In this document: positions 1 to 13,060 of the stretch, piece after piece | Numbering within the stretch: the stretch's first letter is position 1 | Layout: every line of letters begins with the position of its first letter | NCBI GenBank assembly: GCA_035221665.1 | Contig: CM069134.1 | Span: 28,272,001 to 28,336,000, forward strand | DNA length: 64,000 bases | Reading direction: 5' to 3' | Source of the DNA: Okamejei kenojei | Taxonomy: Eukaryota | The notes under the pieces: generated by a model | Told to the model about the DNA's origin: nothing | The model's database searches: none | The model's input: only the letters and a program-made list of their open reading frames with translations | Position numbers and translations under genes: made by a program

Positions 1-3000
1 TCACAGGAGACCAAAAATGGACTCAACACAATAACATCAGATCCCTGATCCCTGATGTGTCCATTCTGTATCTGTGAAAGAGCTGTATTTAATTCTAAAG
101 TAACAACAGGTGCTGGAAATGTTCAGCAGATCCAGCAGCATCTGGAGGGAGAGAGATAGTTTTGATGGAGCTTTAGAGTTACAAAACATGGAAATAAGCC
201 CAAGGGCCCAATGTATGCATAATATAGAGACAGTTCTGAGCTGAGATGTAGCATCAGTTTGTCTGTACATAGATGCTACTGACTTGCTGAGCATTTCCAG
301 CTTTGTCTGATTTATTTTAATTTATGCTTCACAGAAACACCATTTTTTGCATTTTTGTGCATTGAATTTTAACGCGCCCATATGTATTAAATAAAGACTA
401 ATTAGTCTCATAGTTCCATCAGTGATACATTTACCAGAATATTTTCATGCCAATCATGAGGTATTTACTCAGCTCAACTAAATGACGCTATGATTTCATA
501 AAATGTTTGCCAATATTTTTGTCACCTCAAATTATTTTTTTAAGCATAGAGCACCAAAGAAACAATCCTTTCAGCTCACAAAGCCTGTGCCAAGCCTCAA
601 CCTCCCATTTACACAAACGTTACAACTGGAAATTCCCCTAAAGCTTCAAACAAAGTCATTTTCAGGGAGCCATTTACGCCTGCTGTCAACAAACATATCA
701 TTCCCCCATTTATTTGTAGCCTCCTGCAGATGGCCCGGTTGTGCTGAAAAATAGACAATACAGGGTAGGCACTTCCCTCACTCTAGTGTCCTAACCAGCA
801 AAGCCATTATTCTCATCACCAACCCCACCAAATTCTACCACTCACCTACACACTGGAGGCAATTTACAGTGGCCAATTAATCTACCAATTTGCACGTCTT
901 CAGGATGTGGGTGGAAACCGGAGCCCGGGGGGGGGGGGAATCCACACAGTCACAGGGAGAATGCGTAAACCCCAGATCAAGTTTCAACCTATGTCCCTGG
1001 CGCTGCTAGGCAATGTCTCCACAAGCTGTACCGCACCACAGTGTGACATAATGTGATAATGCATTTTAATACAATTCATGTTGTAACAAGAAAAAGTCTG
1101 TCACAACTTTTATCATGAAATCTGTTTCCTCAGATATAAAAATGTGAAATCATAATTTCAGTTTCTAATATACATTTTTAATATTACATGATAGGATGTA
1201 CTTAATAACAGCAACCTGAACTTGGAGCCTGATGGATTATTCACTGTCCTCCGTCCAAACACTAGCCTTAATTCCGAGAGCTAGTATTAAACATTGGTTA
1301 TGTTAGTAGATACACTTCAACACAGATGTCAAGGTGCTGACTTTAAATCGTTTAGCTTCTTTAAGTAAAGAATGTCACAGGGGCATAGTAAGCTTTCATC
1401 AGCTAGTTTTGCAAAATCAATTGCTAAATTTAGATCAGGATGAGGAGTGGTTTTATTCACTTATACTGAAAACACAACATACTCAAGATACCTTTAAAAA
1501 GTATTTCAATTCTTTTAAAAGCAATTGCTCAAATTAAGTGACTTGTTTTTCATGTATGAGAATAAAAATGTAATGCCGAAATGCAGGGACAGCTATGTTT
1601 GACCTCCTTACCAGCTACTTCATTGAAGTATTGGTGAACATATTTAAGTACTTTGTTGGGTTTTGTGACTTATCAATATTGACTTGATTTTTAACTTGAA
1701 CACAGAGCAAATAGAATAGTATTTGATAAGAACACATATTGCACTTCATAGCTGAAAAAACAATTGGATTGAAATGTGATATATTTGCAATGATTTATTT
1801 TATAATTTCAAACCTTTTGTTATTATGTACAATATAACTGAGAAACTCAATATTTCCTGCTTATTTATCACTGTTCCAGGTATATGCACATCTTAAACCT
1901 GCTTTGCATCTTGATAGGTTGTCTGGACAGTCATGCACTTTTGCACAGATTTTACTTATCACACAAACTCACTCAAATTCATTGACCTACTTTGCATTTG
2001 GGTATTTAACTAATATGTTCATGTTGGCATAGATTCTAAAAGCTGGAGATACTTTTCATATTTGTGCCGTTTAGATCTTACCGGTAGGTACTGTAGAGGA
2101 TAGTCAGATCTCATTTTGAGGGGGTATGGCAAACAGTTCTACTCTGATTGCAAAGACGTCTTGACATTGCCAATTGTACTCAGTTATTTGGATTAGTCAT
2201 GCAATACTGTAGCAACTGTGTGTTGTGCTGCTTCAGAATCTGCTTCTATTGAAATTAACAACTCAGCCAAATTTCAGATATAGAGTAAAATATAATGCAT
2301 TGAGACAAAAGATTGAGGACAGATTTCTACCACATTGCTATATTATTGCAGCTTTGTACTCTGAACTCACGTGGCTATGAATCTTCTATTTATACATTTC
2401 CTTTCTCATTGCTCTCATCTACAAAGTTGGGTTTGAGTGTGTGTGTTTCTGTCTACATAGCCTGATGCTCAGGCTATATGTAATAATGGACATGTATCTT
2501 ACATTTTACTATCATCAGATTTAAACTATTTGAATATTCATATATTCATTGAATATATTCATTGTGTATAAATACTGTATTTCAAAATCATATAATCAAA
2601 ATACGATTACATAACTACACTTAATTGCAAATCCTAATGCTGTTGTATTTATATCGTGTGTGTGGAGGCAAATGACTGACCTAAAATTCACAGAAATCCA
2701 TTGGGTTACTGGTGTGTATTTATCCACATTTAAAGAGTGATGGGTTGCATTTTGATAAAACACTGAATTTGGTGAAAATCTACATTTGATATCAGGATCT
2801 AAAGCAGTTGGGACTGTGGTAAAAGGGCAGCTGAAGACAAGTGATTCCTTCAGCTGACTAGTAATACAAGTTATCCTGTTCTTCACATGGCCATTTGGCA
2901 TTCAGTCGGGCTACATTTATGGCTGTGATTTAGAGGAACATGGTCTGACAAGAAAACGAGTTGTAATCATTTACAGTAATAAACTTGGCCAATGGCCATG

Positions 3001-6000
3001 GGCTGCATTATATATGTAGGATTAACTCTGCCAGCTATTCTACAGTAGTTATTTTTCAGGTTACATATTTGTTCTTGCCAGATTGTCTCTGATGACATTA
3101 TGCTTATCCTTCCACACAGGTGTGGAATCCTTGCTGAGATTTGACGAGCGCTTGCTCCTCTCAGGTATCTTCTTGGATGAATGGGTGTTGACAGGGAATG
3201 GGTGTTGAGCAAGTTGCTCAACCAGCAGAGCCTCCGAGGCCGAGGCCAACCCCATCCTGACACACTTAACATTTCCGTCAGGAACTCCGGACAGCAACCT
3301 GACCTTGGAACCTGGTGTCCTCAGTCCAAACACTGTAGTATCATTGCAGCTGGCTAAGACCAGCTACTCAAGCACACACGTCAAGCCTCAGCTACTACAT
3401 GGATGAAAGTAAGTTTCATTGAGTGCAGGTAAATTAAATTCCTACGTGATTTTCGGAGTAGGCATTTTTAACCAATGTGATACCTCTAGCAGCAGAGGCC
3501 ATCTCCTCCATCCATAGATGAGAACTTTCAATGGAAACAGGAGTCGACCTGTACTTTTCTAAACTGTATTCATAAGCTATTGCATCAATTGTGTTGGATG
3601 TATACGGGGTTGCGTGTGATAAGCAAAGAAGCAAGAAGTGACTGGTCATTTGAGGTCCTTTGTTTTTGGAACATACTGTAGTCAATATTTGAGTTTTCTA
3701 AATAATTGGTCATTTGTATTTATTTCAGATGTAGTAATAATGAAAGTATTGTAAAGCCGTGAAATGCTTTCTTTTATCAGGAATGCCAGTAATCATTATG
3801 ATTGTTAACAACCTGTTTACAATAAATGCTTGATAAACTGTCAATAATAAAAGTCCATGCAGATGACATAACATTGTCCATGTTTGATTTGATCGAATGG
3901 AAATAAGCAGTTGAAAACTTTTGGACACGATGCGTTGTATTTGATTGACATACTATTGAATCTGAATCTTTGAATCTGAATATAGCTGGAAACATTGATG
4001 CTATATTTATAAGACAAGCTTCTTCTAGTTTTTCACCTCTAGCAGTTCACGGTGAAGGTACAACTCTCAAAAATCTTGTGGCATGATTTTGTAGACAAGC
4101 AGCAGAGTTTACTGGTCCATATTTAACCTTTAGCTAACATCACCAGAATTGATTAGCCTGGCTCAGAAGACTCGAGAGAAATAGCTTCCCATACATTTAT
4201 ATGACCTTGAATTTAATACCATCCATTTCGATCCATGGTGTTTAGCGAGTGATGGCAACAAATAACCCGATTAAGCAATCAGATTGAAAAATTCTCATGG
4301 CAAAGCAGGAAGTAAAATTAATGGATTGCAATTCACTTTTAAATCCTTTTCCAGAAATAAATAAATATTGGTGCATAAGCATGGGGTTAAGGTAGAGATT
4401 TAAATATTAACAAACTTGTAAAACAATCATTTTCAAAACTATTGATTTTTAACTGATTCTGGGGGATCGCATTCCGACATTGCCAATTTTTATATCAGGA
4501 CTTGAGAGAGGTGATTAGCAACCATTGGGGTTTCATACACCATGGGGACTTTGCATAAACCTACAGGGCATTTATAGTGAGAAATGTCTATTAAAAAAAA
4601 GTTCACTCAATTCATTTATTTTCTGTTGACTTCAAATTTAAAGAAGCCATAAGTCCAAAGTATGATTGACAATAGTTCCAGATTTCTGCAGTGACTGTAC
4701 ATTCAAACATTGGAGATTTCTGTCAATTAATATTGTTAGAAAGACACGAGTAACTGCAGATGCTGGAATCTCGAGAAAAATGCAAAAGTGCTGGAGTAAC
4801 TCAGTGAATCAGGCAGCATCTGTGGAGGGAATGGATAGACGATGTCTCGGGTTGGGTCCCTTCTTCAGACTGTTATGACAATTCAGACTTCACATTGTCA
4901 TTGTTACTTCAGCATTGATAACCACCCAAAATAGATACTTTCAATTACTTGGGATCTGGGGAGAATATTAGTAATGGCTTGGTTCTTATTCCAATTAATT
5001 TGGTGGATTTTGCAGATCTAGTGTAACTATCGATACTTATCCTCAAGATCCAAGTCTATTACACCATAAAGGTTGACATAATGTGCAGATTAATTTTCTG
5101 AATTGCCGTTACTAACAGGCAGTGTCATCTGCTAGGAGATAATAGGCATAGTTGTTCTCCAGTACACCAATGTATGCAACTGGTACTTGAACCTTCTCAC
5201 TCAATTTTCTAACTCTGGTTCGGAGTTTCATTGCACGAGCTCCCAGTCTGACTCACCAAATCCCACACTGGCATCACAAATCCATCTAGTCAAATGGCCA
5301 AAGCAATGGCATGATAATAGCTAGTGAGAGAATGTTGTAGAGCAGGGTAGGTTGGTAGAGGGCCTTCATTTTGTAGATATTGCATGTGGTAAAAATAAAG
5401 TGTAGGGGTTAAATCAGCAAATGCTGCAAACATGTACAAGCTCAGTTAAAATCCGTAGAAGTCAGACAGACTAAGGCATTTTGGCAAAATGGTAGGCTTT
5501 ACCACCAAGAAAATATCAACCAGTATCAACGTTACACCCCCATCCTTTCTTGCTATTAATGCAAACAAGCCTTATGAGCAGTTCTTGGTGATTGACTTTA
5601 GAAGAGGAATCTTTTTGTTTATTGAAACTGGGAAGTTTTCAATTTGCCTTCCAGATTCTCAATGTGCCTGGTACACTAAAACATTGTTGTGGCTGTATAC
5701 TGACCAGTGGCTTTCAACAACATGCGTGTCAGGCATGCTTCATTGTAAATTATAGACAGCTTGACCAAGCAGGGAACACCCATGGAGTTTGATGTAGTGA
5801 ACTGCTCTAGGTACCTCTGTCCTAAATTATAATGTATTTTAGGCCACCGAACCCCACCCTTCCAACACTCCCCTATGTGAGGTCAACCCCTACGACAATC
5901 ACTCCATATTTCACTGATTTAACACTTGAAGTCTCACTCTTCAGCCAGTGGATAATGGGTGATCATCCCTCCCCCTGTGGGCCCATCTCCCGAGGCTCTG

Positions 6001-6464
6001 CCATGCAAATGACATATCAACCAGAAATGTGACCAACCTGCTTTGCTCAATCCAAATTTTCCAGCCTTGGGGAAAATTTGCCGTGGAATGTCACAGACAC
6101 GCTATTTAATGCACTATTGCTGATAATGAAACATATACCTTATTATTATTATACAACATAGGCCTTATTTAAAAAAAAAAAAAATTACTACCTGCTTTGG
6201 GAAATTTTCTCCTTGCCTAGAAAAGTTAATGGGTTAACATTTAAAACTGGTAGAACTTAAACCATTGCATGCAAGTGAATCATTGGCTCTTAAATGATTG
6301 GGTTCATATTTTAAGGCACACATACAAATATTTTTAATTATGTATGCTGTAGGAAAATGGTGATTTGTTGCAAATGGTGCAGTGATTTGAATGAGTGCCT
6401 TAAGTGGTCAAGGAAGTTGAGGAAGGATTGTAAATTCCATTTATATGTATTTGATAGGGCTATT

Positions 6465-7235
6465 ATCTAACGTTGTGCCTCTATTTAAGAATTGCTACAA
6501 AGAAAGCAACAAGGAAATTTTAGGCAGGTAAGCCTTACATCTGCCGAAGGAAAGTTATTGGAGAGGATTCTGAGGGATAAGATATATCTACATTGGGTAG
6601 GCAGGGGTTGATATGGGATAGTCAGCATGGTTTTGTGCGTGCATGATATTATTTCAGAATTTGACTGAATTTTTTGAAGATGTGACCTAGAAGGTCAATG
6701 AGGGCAGGGCCATGGGCATAGTTCATATGGACTTCAAGGCCTTTGATAAGGTTTTGCTTGGCTGCTCTGAAAGGTTAGATCACATGGGATCCAGGGAGAG
6801 CTGGCTAACTGGATATATAATTGACTTCATGGCAGGAGACCGAGGGTGGCGGTGGAAGGTTGTATTTCGGACTGGGGGCCTTTAACCAGTGGTGTGCCTC
6901 AGAGATTGATGGGCCCATTGTTGTTTGCTATCATATCAACGAACTGGATGAGGATGTACAAGGCATTATTAGTGAGTCTGCACTAAAATAGGTGGTATCA
7001 GACAGTGAGGATGGTTATCAAGAATCACAGCAGCATCTTGATCAGCTGGGCAAGTGGGCCAAGGAATGGCAAATGGAATTTAGTTCCGATAAGTGTGAGC
7101 TGTTACATTTTGGAAAGTCAAACCCAAGGGGGAGCTTCACGGTGAATAGTAGGACCCTGGGGAGTGTGGTGGCGCAGAGGGATGTGGGAGTATAAGTACA
7201 TAGTTGTCAGAAAGTGGTGTCACAAGTAGATAGCA
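6465..7235 (+). mobile_element. Degenerate CR1-type LINE reverse-transcriptase fragment
   Basis: Frameshifted remnants of VVPLFK, SQHGF, MDFSKAFDKV, TSGVPQ and WA.EWQMEF..DKC..LHFG. Confidence 0.8.
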
Positions 7236-7269
7236 GAAGGGAGTGAGGCAAAGGAAATGAAATTATAAA

Positions 7270-7645
7270 CTGCTTAGTTTGCATTCAGTGATTGGCAACA
7301 TTTTAGAGTCCATTATTAAGGATGGGGGTTTGGGGTACTTGGAAGCAGATTATAAAATAGGCTGGAGTCAGCATGGTTTTGGTAAGGGGGAGATCATGCC
7401 TGACAAAATCTGTTGGAATTCTTCGAGGAACTAACAAACAGAATAGACGAAGGAGAGTCATCTATGCTGTTTACTTGGAATTTCAGAGGGCTGATTAAAT
7501 GCCGCACATGAGGTTGCTAAACAAGATAGGAGCCCTTGATATTAGCGGCAAGGTACTAGAATGGATAGAAGATCGGCTGACTGGCAGAAGGCAAAGTGGG
7601 AATAAAGGGGCCGTTTCTAGTTGGCTGCCGGTGACTAGTGATGTT
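7270..7645 (+). mobile_element. Second CR1-type RT fragment
   Basis: SQHGF.KGRSCLT..LEFFEE and W.PVTS remnants. Confidence 0.7.
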
Positions 7646-7699
7646 GTTAACTTCATGGTGCTTTGATTCAATTTTGAGGTTGGTGAAGGTACTCCGTAT

Positions 7700-9035
7700 C
7701 AATAATAACAATTACATTCTCATTGCAAGTTTAAGCATTGTGGTTTAATCACTGCATGTTTATCCAGAAACAAGCAACAGGTAATTACCAGTAAATAGTA
7801 TGGCCAGTGTAAATTACAGACAAAAATAAAACACTGCTACAAATGTTATCTTTTAAAGAACATAGCATGAATTTCACTAGTCTGATGTCTCCAACCTATG
7901 CACATTGATTACATTGGCTTGGTAATGTGTGGCGTTACCACCATTTAAAAAAAGAAACATCTGTGACCACTGTAAAAACCTACACAGATTATATAAACTT
8001 CATGCAACTGAATCTAAGGATCGTGCTAAACGAGCCATTCAAACTATAAACAGATTTATCAAAACAGTTACACATCAAGTACATTGTAAGCAGTTTTGCC
8101 TACGTTTCAATCTTAAAGGAGCACCATATTCATGGAAATTACACAAAACGTTCTAGTAATCCATCTGTCACATGGTAATGTAAATCTCATTGAAAGTGCA
8201 TCATTATGACCGTTGCACTCAACGCTGTCTAGGTAAAAGTGACCGCTGTTCCTCCTCATTTGTTTTTCTAAAAAAAGACAGATTAGCACAAATTTTTCAC
8301 AAAGATTATACCCCTTTAAGATTCTGCGGGAAATAATGAGAAAAAGTTATAACTTGAAACAAAATACAATACATTGGCTTCATATTGTTCCTTCATTAAA
8401 GAAGAAATTCAATACAGGCCAAGGTAAAAAAAAAAGACACTAAGACAAAAAATAAGGACAATGCTAGATATTTTTAGAAGTGAAACAATTGATAAGTGAG
8501 AGCAAGTTACAGCACGAAGAACACAGAATAAGATTTCCTTTACACATTACAACTGAAATCACCAGCTGGAAACTCACTGACCAATGCTCTGCACTGTTAA
8601 TACATCCACATTTGTAAATGTTTTGTGAAGAATTTTGAAAGTGCAATATATTTACTGAGGGGAAAACACTGACAGTACTCAACATCTGTCATGTGAAAGG
8701 TGGATGTTGAGAGCTTTTTGGAATGGACTGGTCACCGACCCTGGTAAAAATAAAGTACAGGCTAAAGCAAGTACGTACTGAACAGCCAATGGAGGTTTCA
8801 AGAGTGTTTCACAGGACTTTAGGACAAGTCTATTCCAGACACAACACTGAATATTTAAATACATAGTTATACAGATGACTGCAAAATATTACATTGCTAA
8901 GAAGAATATCAGCTTGTTCCCTCATTCCAGATGATATTAATAATGTGAGTGATATTCTGACAATCGCCAGGCTGCTATGAAATATACCTCCTATGGAAAT
9001 GGAACGTGCTTTGCTTTGACCTCAACAATAAAACT
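7700..9035 (-). other. Probable distal SULF1 3' UTR
   Basis: No recognisable repeat, U-rich on the minus strand, directly downstream of the last coding exon; 3' end not determined. Confidence 0.45.
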
Positions 9036-9074
9036 TTTATTATGAAAGATTATGGTTGACCTCCAAATAAATAA
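9036..9074 (-). promoter_or_regulatory. AU-rich nonamer UUAUUUAUU (9074-9066) and candidate AAUAAA poly(A) signal (9041-9036) just after the long-frame stop
   Basis: Motifs read directly on the minus strand; a U-rich stretch follows AATAAA; usage not shown. Confidence 0.45.
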
Positions 9075-9976
9075 TCAATGGGCTGTGAGTTGATGAAAGG
9101 ATTGAGGGGGCAAGGCACTGCCTTCTGTACTGAAGCTCTCTTGTCCTCCTTCGCCACTGTTCTCAGGCTCTTGCTGAAGCTGGACGTTTGCCAACTTCTC
9201 GTTGTCACTGGTTTCTCGAGGAACAGTGAAAGCTCTGGAATAAAGGTGGCTCATAGAGCCAACAGGAAGATATGTTTTGCCTTCAAATATGTCCTCCTTC
9301 TCCTCCACTTCATTCTGGATGCTGGGAGATGGAAATGTGGCACTCTGCTGAAGAAAGTAGCTATTTCTGGTCTCCATTTCCACCAGTCCATTTCCACTGA
9401 AACCGTGGTCATATTCCAACTCCCCCCATTCCTTTGTCAACTGTTTTGTCCGATTATGTTGCCACCATTCAGTGTTTGATAATTGCTTATCGGGTATACG
9501 ATTGTAGTTTGTCGCTTCCTCCTTTGGACGCTCGCCACTTGCAATGGTTGTGCTCATATTTGTACCATCAGAGTCAGCAAGTACAACTGGTTGTGCTTCT
9601 GTTGCCTCCCATACAGTCATGCCACTAGATTCATCCTCGGGCTCAGTAGAGAACACATTTCCAAAAATAGGCAATGGAGTTGGTGCCATGTCCAGTGCTG
9701 TGGTGTCAATGCTCAAATCAAGAGTCCCGCCCTTATTTAGCGCAATGGCCTCAGAAGTTTTAATGTGTCCAGAAAAAGTCTTAAGCAGTGCAAACATTCT
9801 ATCTACATCCTTCCAGTAATTAGTCCAGTCACCAAGGCTAAGGCTATAATTATGCCTGTGTTCAAACAAGCTTTCATCCACACTGTACAAATTTTCAAGT
9901 TCTCCCCAGTTGATATTTTCCGTTAAGTTTGGCAGTTTAAGTGGATTAACCTTCCCATCCATCCCATAGCTGTCCT
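9075..9976 (-). CDS. SULF1: SULF1 last exon, alternative frame: 300-aa acidic C-terminal extension (E)DSYGMDGKVNPLKLP...FHQLTAH*
   Basis: 902 nt without a stop from the same acceptor; in frame with the 124-nt exon when the 34-nt and 54-nt exons are skipped (G+AG gives Glu). Confidence 0.78.
9946..9976 (-). CDS. SULF1: SULF1 last exon, canonical frame: (R)GQLWDGWEG*
   Basis: gcctgcag acceptor at 9977-9978; same C-terminus as recalled human SULF1; TAA at 9948-9946. Confidence 0.96.
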
Positions 9977-10694
9977 CTGCAGGCAGAAACAAAGATTGAA
10001 ATAGTTCATTTTCATGTATGTCCACCATCCATAGTTGCTGAAGCACTGCGCGTGTGTGCAGACATGCATCTGCTCCATTATCAGCTGGTTATTCAAAGCA
10101 AAATTAGAGACAGCACATTTCATTACAAAAAGCCATGAACAAGGTTATACAGCAAAAGCAGATTGAAAGCACACACCCCAACATGAGACACTAGAAGAAT
10201 GCTCAGAGAGAAATGATTAATAAAACAAAGTCACAAATGTCAAAAGCAGATTCTGTAAAGGAAATGTCAAGTATGTGACCATTTTGATTTTACAGCAACC
10301 ACATTGTTATTTAAAAAATAATTTCCACTTTATTACTGCCCTTAATATTAGATTACTGTGAAATCAAATACGTTTTACACAAAAAATGACATTAATGTTC
10401 GTGTTATTTTAGGATAATATCCATATTCTTTCTTGCTCACACATGCAATAATGCATGTGCACACACATATCGATAAATATATATATACACCTTTACTTTA
10501 TTTTATTTGTTTCCTTGTGCCTGTTTAATACATATTTGACAGAGAGTTTAGTTCAACAAAATGCTCTACTCTTCTGAATATTTGGTTTCAGTCTTTCCCT
10601 TAAATGTGGAGACAGGAGCAACCTGGTGGGATTGGAATGCATGCTTGTTAAGCAGCAGAAATAGCATGCATTAGAGAGAGCCAAGTAAACTTGG

Positions 10695-11785
10695 CAGACA
10701 ACGGGGGTAAAAGCGTGCCCAACGTCGCCCTCATTCTGATGGCCACCTTCGTGTGTGGCTGCATCAGGCGGAGTGTAGAGCCAAGGCACGTGGGCACCAA
10801 GTGTCACTACCTGCTGAGGTTCTACCTGTCCCCGGTGTTGAGAAGGATGGGCCTGGCGCAGGTGCCACGCAATGTGCCAGTCAGCTGGACATTGCCGCCC
10901 CATCTGTCGTCGGTGGAAGGGTTCTTCCGGACCAACACCTTTGACCACATGTCCATCGGGCAGTGGTCAGCACAGAATGTCCTGCAGGCACTGCAGGGAA
11001 AGGACTCTGTGGACCCGGTGGCGTGGTTCCCTGAGCAGACTGCCCAGCTTGTCTGGCAAAATGCCTCATCGCCAGAACTCACCAACAAGCACCAAGACCT
11101 GGCTTGGCTGGCGGTGAGGGGAGCCCTCCCAGTCAGATCCTTCCTGCACCGTCGGAACCTCACTGCCAGCGCACGCCTCCCTCGGGACGGCTGCTATGGC
11201 GAGGAGACGGTTGCCCACCTCTTCACAGAGTGTGGGTTTGCTAAAAGAGTCTGGAGAAAAATGCAAGGGTCCCTGGTACGCTTTATCCCGAACAGCTCCG
11301 TCACAGAGGACTCAGTGATTTACGGACTGTTCCCAGGGACACATTCAGAGGCTGACATCGCGTGCTGCTGGAGGGTCATCAACTCGGTAAAAGACGCCCT
11401 TTGGTTCACCACCCAGCAGAGCGAGATGTCCGTCAGGGAATGTTGCCGACTGGCCCGCTGCAGACTGCAGGAGTACGTGCTGAGGGACGCACTGAAGCTC
11501 GGTGCAGCCAACGCCAAGGCTCGGTGGGGGAGGGCCACAGTCTAACGCCCTTCCGCTGCTGGACATGGTGGGTACGGTATGGTGGAGACGCCCCTCAATA
11601 TAAGGGAAGGTATCCCACGCCACTGTGGCATGAGTAGGGGACTGATTTGTGGAAATTTGGGGGAAATAAATGTCTAAACTGTATTGATCTATTGTACAGC
11701 CTCCAAAAATGTCGGATGGATTTTCCGCAAGGTTAATGTATTGTATATATTTATCATTCGAATAAAGTATATTTTGAAATTAAAT
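10695..11785 (+). mobile_element. 5'-truncated Tx1/L1-like LINE: ORF2 C-terminus with zinc-finger-like segment, plus 3' UTR
   Basis: ORF 10691..11545 with GG..VPN, W....GALP and C..EETVAHLF.EC.FA..VW motifs; GC/CpG-rich; AATAAA at 11761-11766. Confidence 0.8.
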
Positions 11786-12269
11786 TTATAACCAATGGAT
11801 CAGACCAAAGCTCTGCAGACCTGTCACTTCTGGTGGTGTAAGGTAGAGCACAAGTAAAGGTTAATGGTGGGGGAGAGGAGGCTTCAAGAATATCTCCATC
11901 CTGAAGAAATGGGGGCCAGCAAGTGAGTGTCAAAGACAAAGATGGAGGCAGAATTGGCAAGTGGATGCTTGGATAATCCATCTCAGCTTCCTCCTGAGAC
12001 CCCACAACCACAAAACACATTACCCAATCAACTTGATCACGCCACGTGATATTAGGAAATTATAATCTTCATTAAGAAATAGTTGAGAGTACTGGGCACA
12101 GCATAGGATTTTGGATCATATAACATCCCAGTGCAATCTAGTGTTAACAACATCTCGAGTCAAGCGATTTCAGTACAATTACAACACCCTCTTCTACCCA
12201 ACAGAACAATTACAGGAATATCCTGTTTTTCTAAAAGCAAAAGAAATCCAAAAGAAAAGCTGAACTAAC

Positions 12270-13060
12270 CGCCTAGTCAACTGTCAACCACCAACAAGAT
12301 GATGGAAGGTGTTGTTTACAGAGCTATCAAGCGGCACTTAATCACCAAAAACCTTCTGCACTTTGTCAGAATCACTTTATAAAGACCTCACCACTGCCTG
12401 GTCAAAATGTAAATCAAAGAGCTGAATTCCAGATGTGAGGTGACAGTGATTCCCTTTAACATCAAAGCAACACTTGACTAAATGTGGCATCAAGGAATTC
12501 TGGCTTAACGGACTGGGGATGAAAGGGAGTTGTACCTGCACCAAGGTTGGTGGTGATAATTGTTGATGGGCATCCGAACCGCAGCATATCACCGCAGGAG
12601 TTTCCTCAGGGAGGTATCCAAAGCCCAAGTATCATTCATTACTCCATCAATGACTTTCTTTTTATCATAAGGTCACATGTGTGGAAGTTCATTAACAATT
12701 CTACAAAGTTCAATTTCATCGGCAATTCCTTAGCAGCTTAATCAGTCATTGCCTGCATGCAGCAGGACCTAGACATCATTCCTAGAGTCATACATATGGC
12801 CCAACCCGTCCATGCCAACCAAGATACCCTATCTAAACTACTCATTTGCCTACTTTTTGCCCATATCCCTCTAAAGCTTCCTAACCATGTACCTGTTCAA
12901 ATATCTTTTAAGTGCTATTATTGTACCTACCTCAACTAATCCCTCCGACAGCTTGCCCCATATACCTTCCACCCTCTGTGTGAGAAAGTTGTTCCTCAGG
13001 TTCCAACTAAATCTTTTCCCTCTCACCTTAAACCTATGCCATCTAGTTCTCGATTCCACC
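12270..13060. mobile_element. Old LINE RT fragment (+, about 12270-12780) followed by a CR1 3' end (-, about 12785-13060)
   Basis: Decayed RT-like sequence; ORF 12871..13086 has the CR1 C-terminal motif RTR.H..K......LR.NF.TQRV..IW..L. Confidence 0.6.

Noticed and set aside
2967-3414. Overlapping minus-strand ORFs (101 and 90 aa) and a + strand GTAAGT donor at 3409
   Set aside because: No recognisable protein, and candidate + strand exons contain stops in all frames; at most a non-coding exon.
6003-6010. Octamer ATGCAAAT as a promoter element
   Set aside because: A single 8-mer is expected by chance in 64 kb, and there is no supporting context.
9078-9819. Plus-strand ORFs of 133, 64, 85 and 91 aa
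   Set aside because: Antisense shadows of the coding frame with no recognisable motifs.
9075-10046. Stand-alone 323-aa single-exon gene as listed in the ORF track
   Set aside because: It starts at a non-ATG codon inside the intron, and its first 23 codons include the SULF1 acceptor pyrimidine tract. It is better explained as the alternative frame of the SULF1 last exon.
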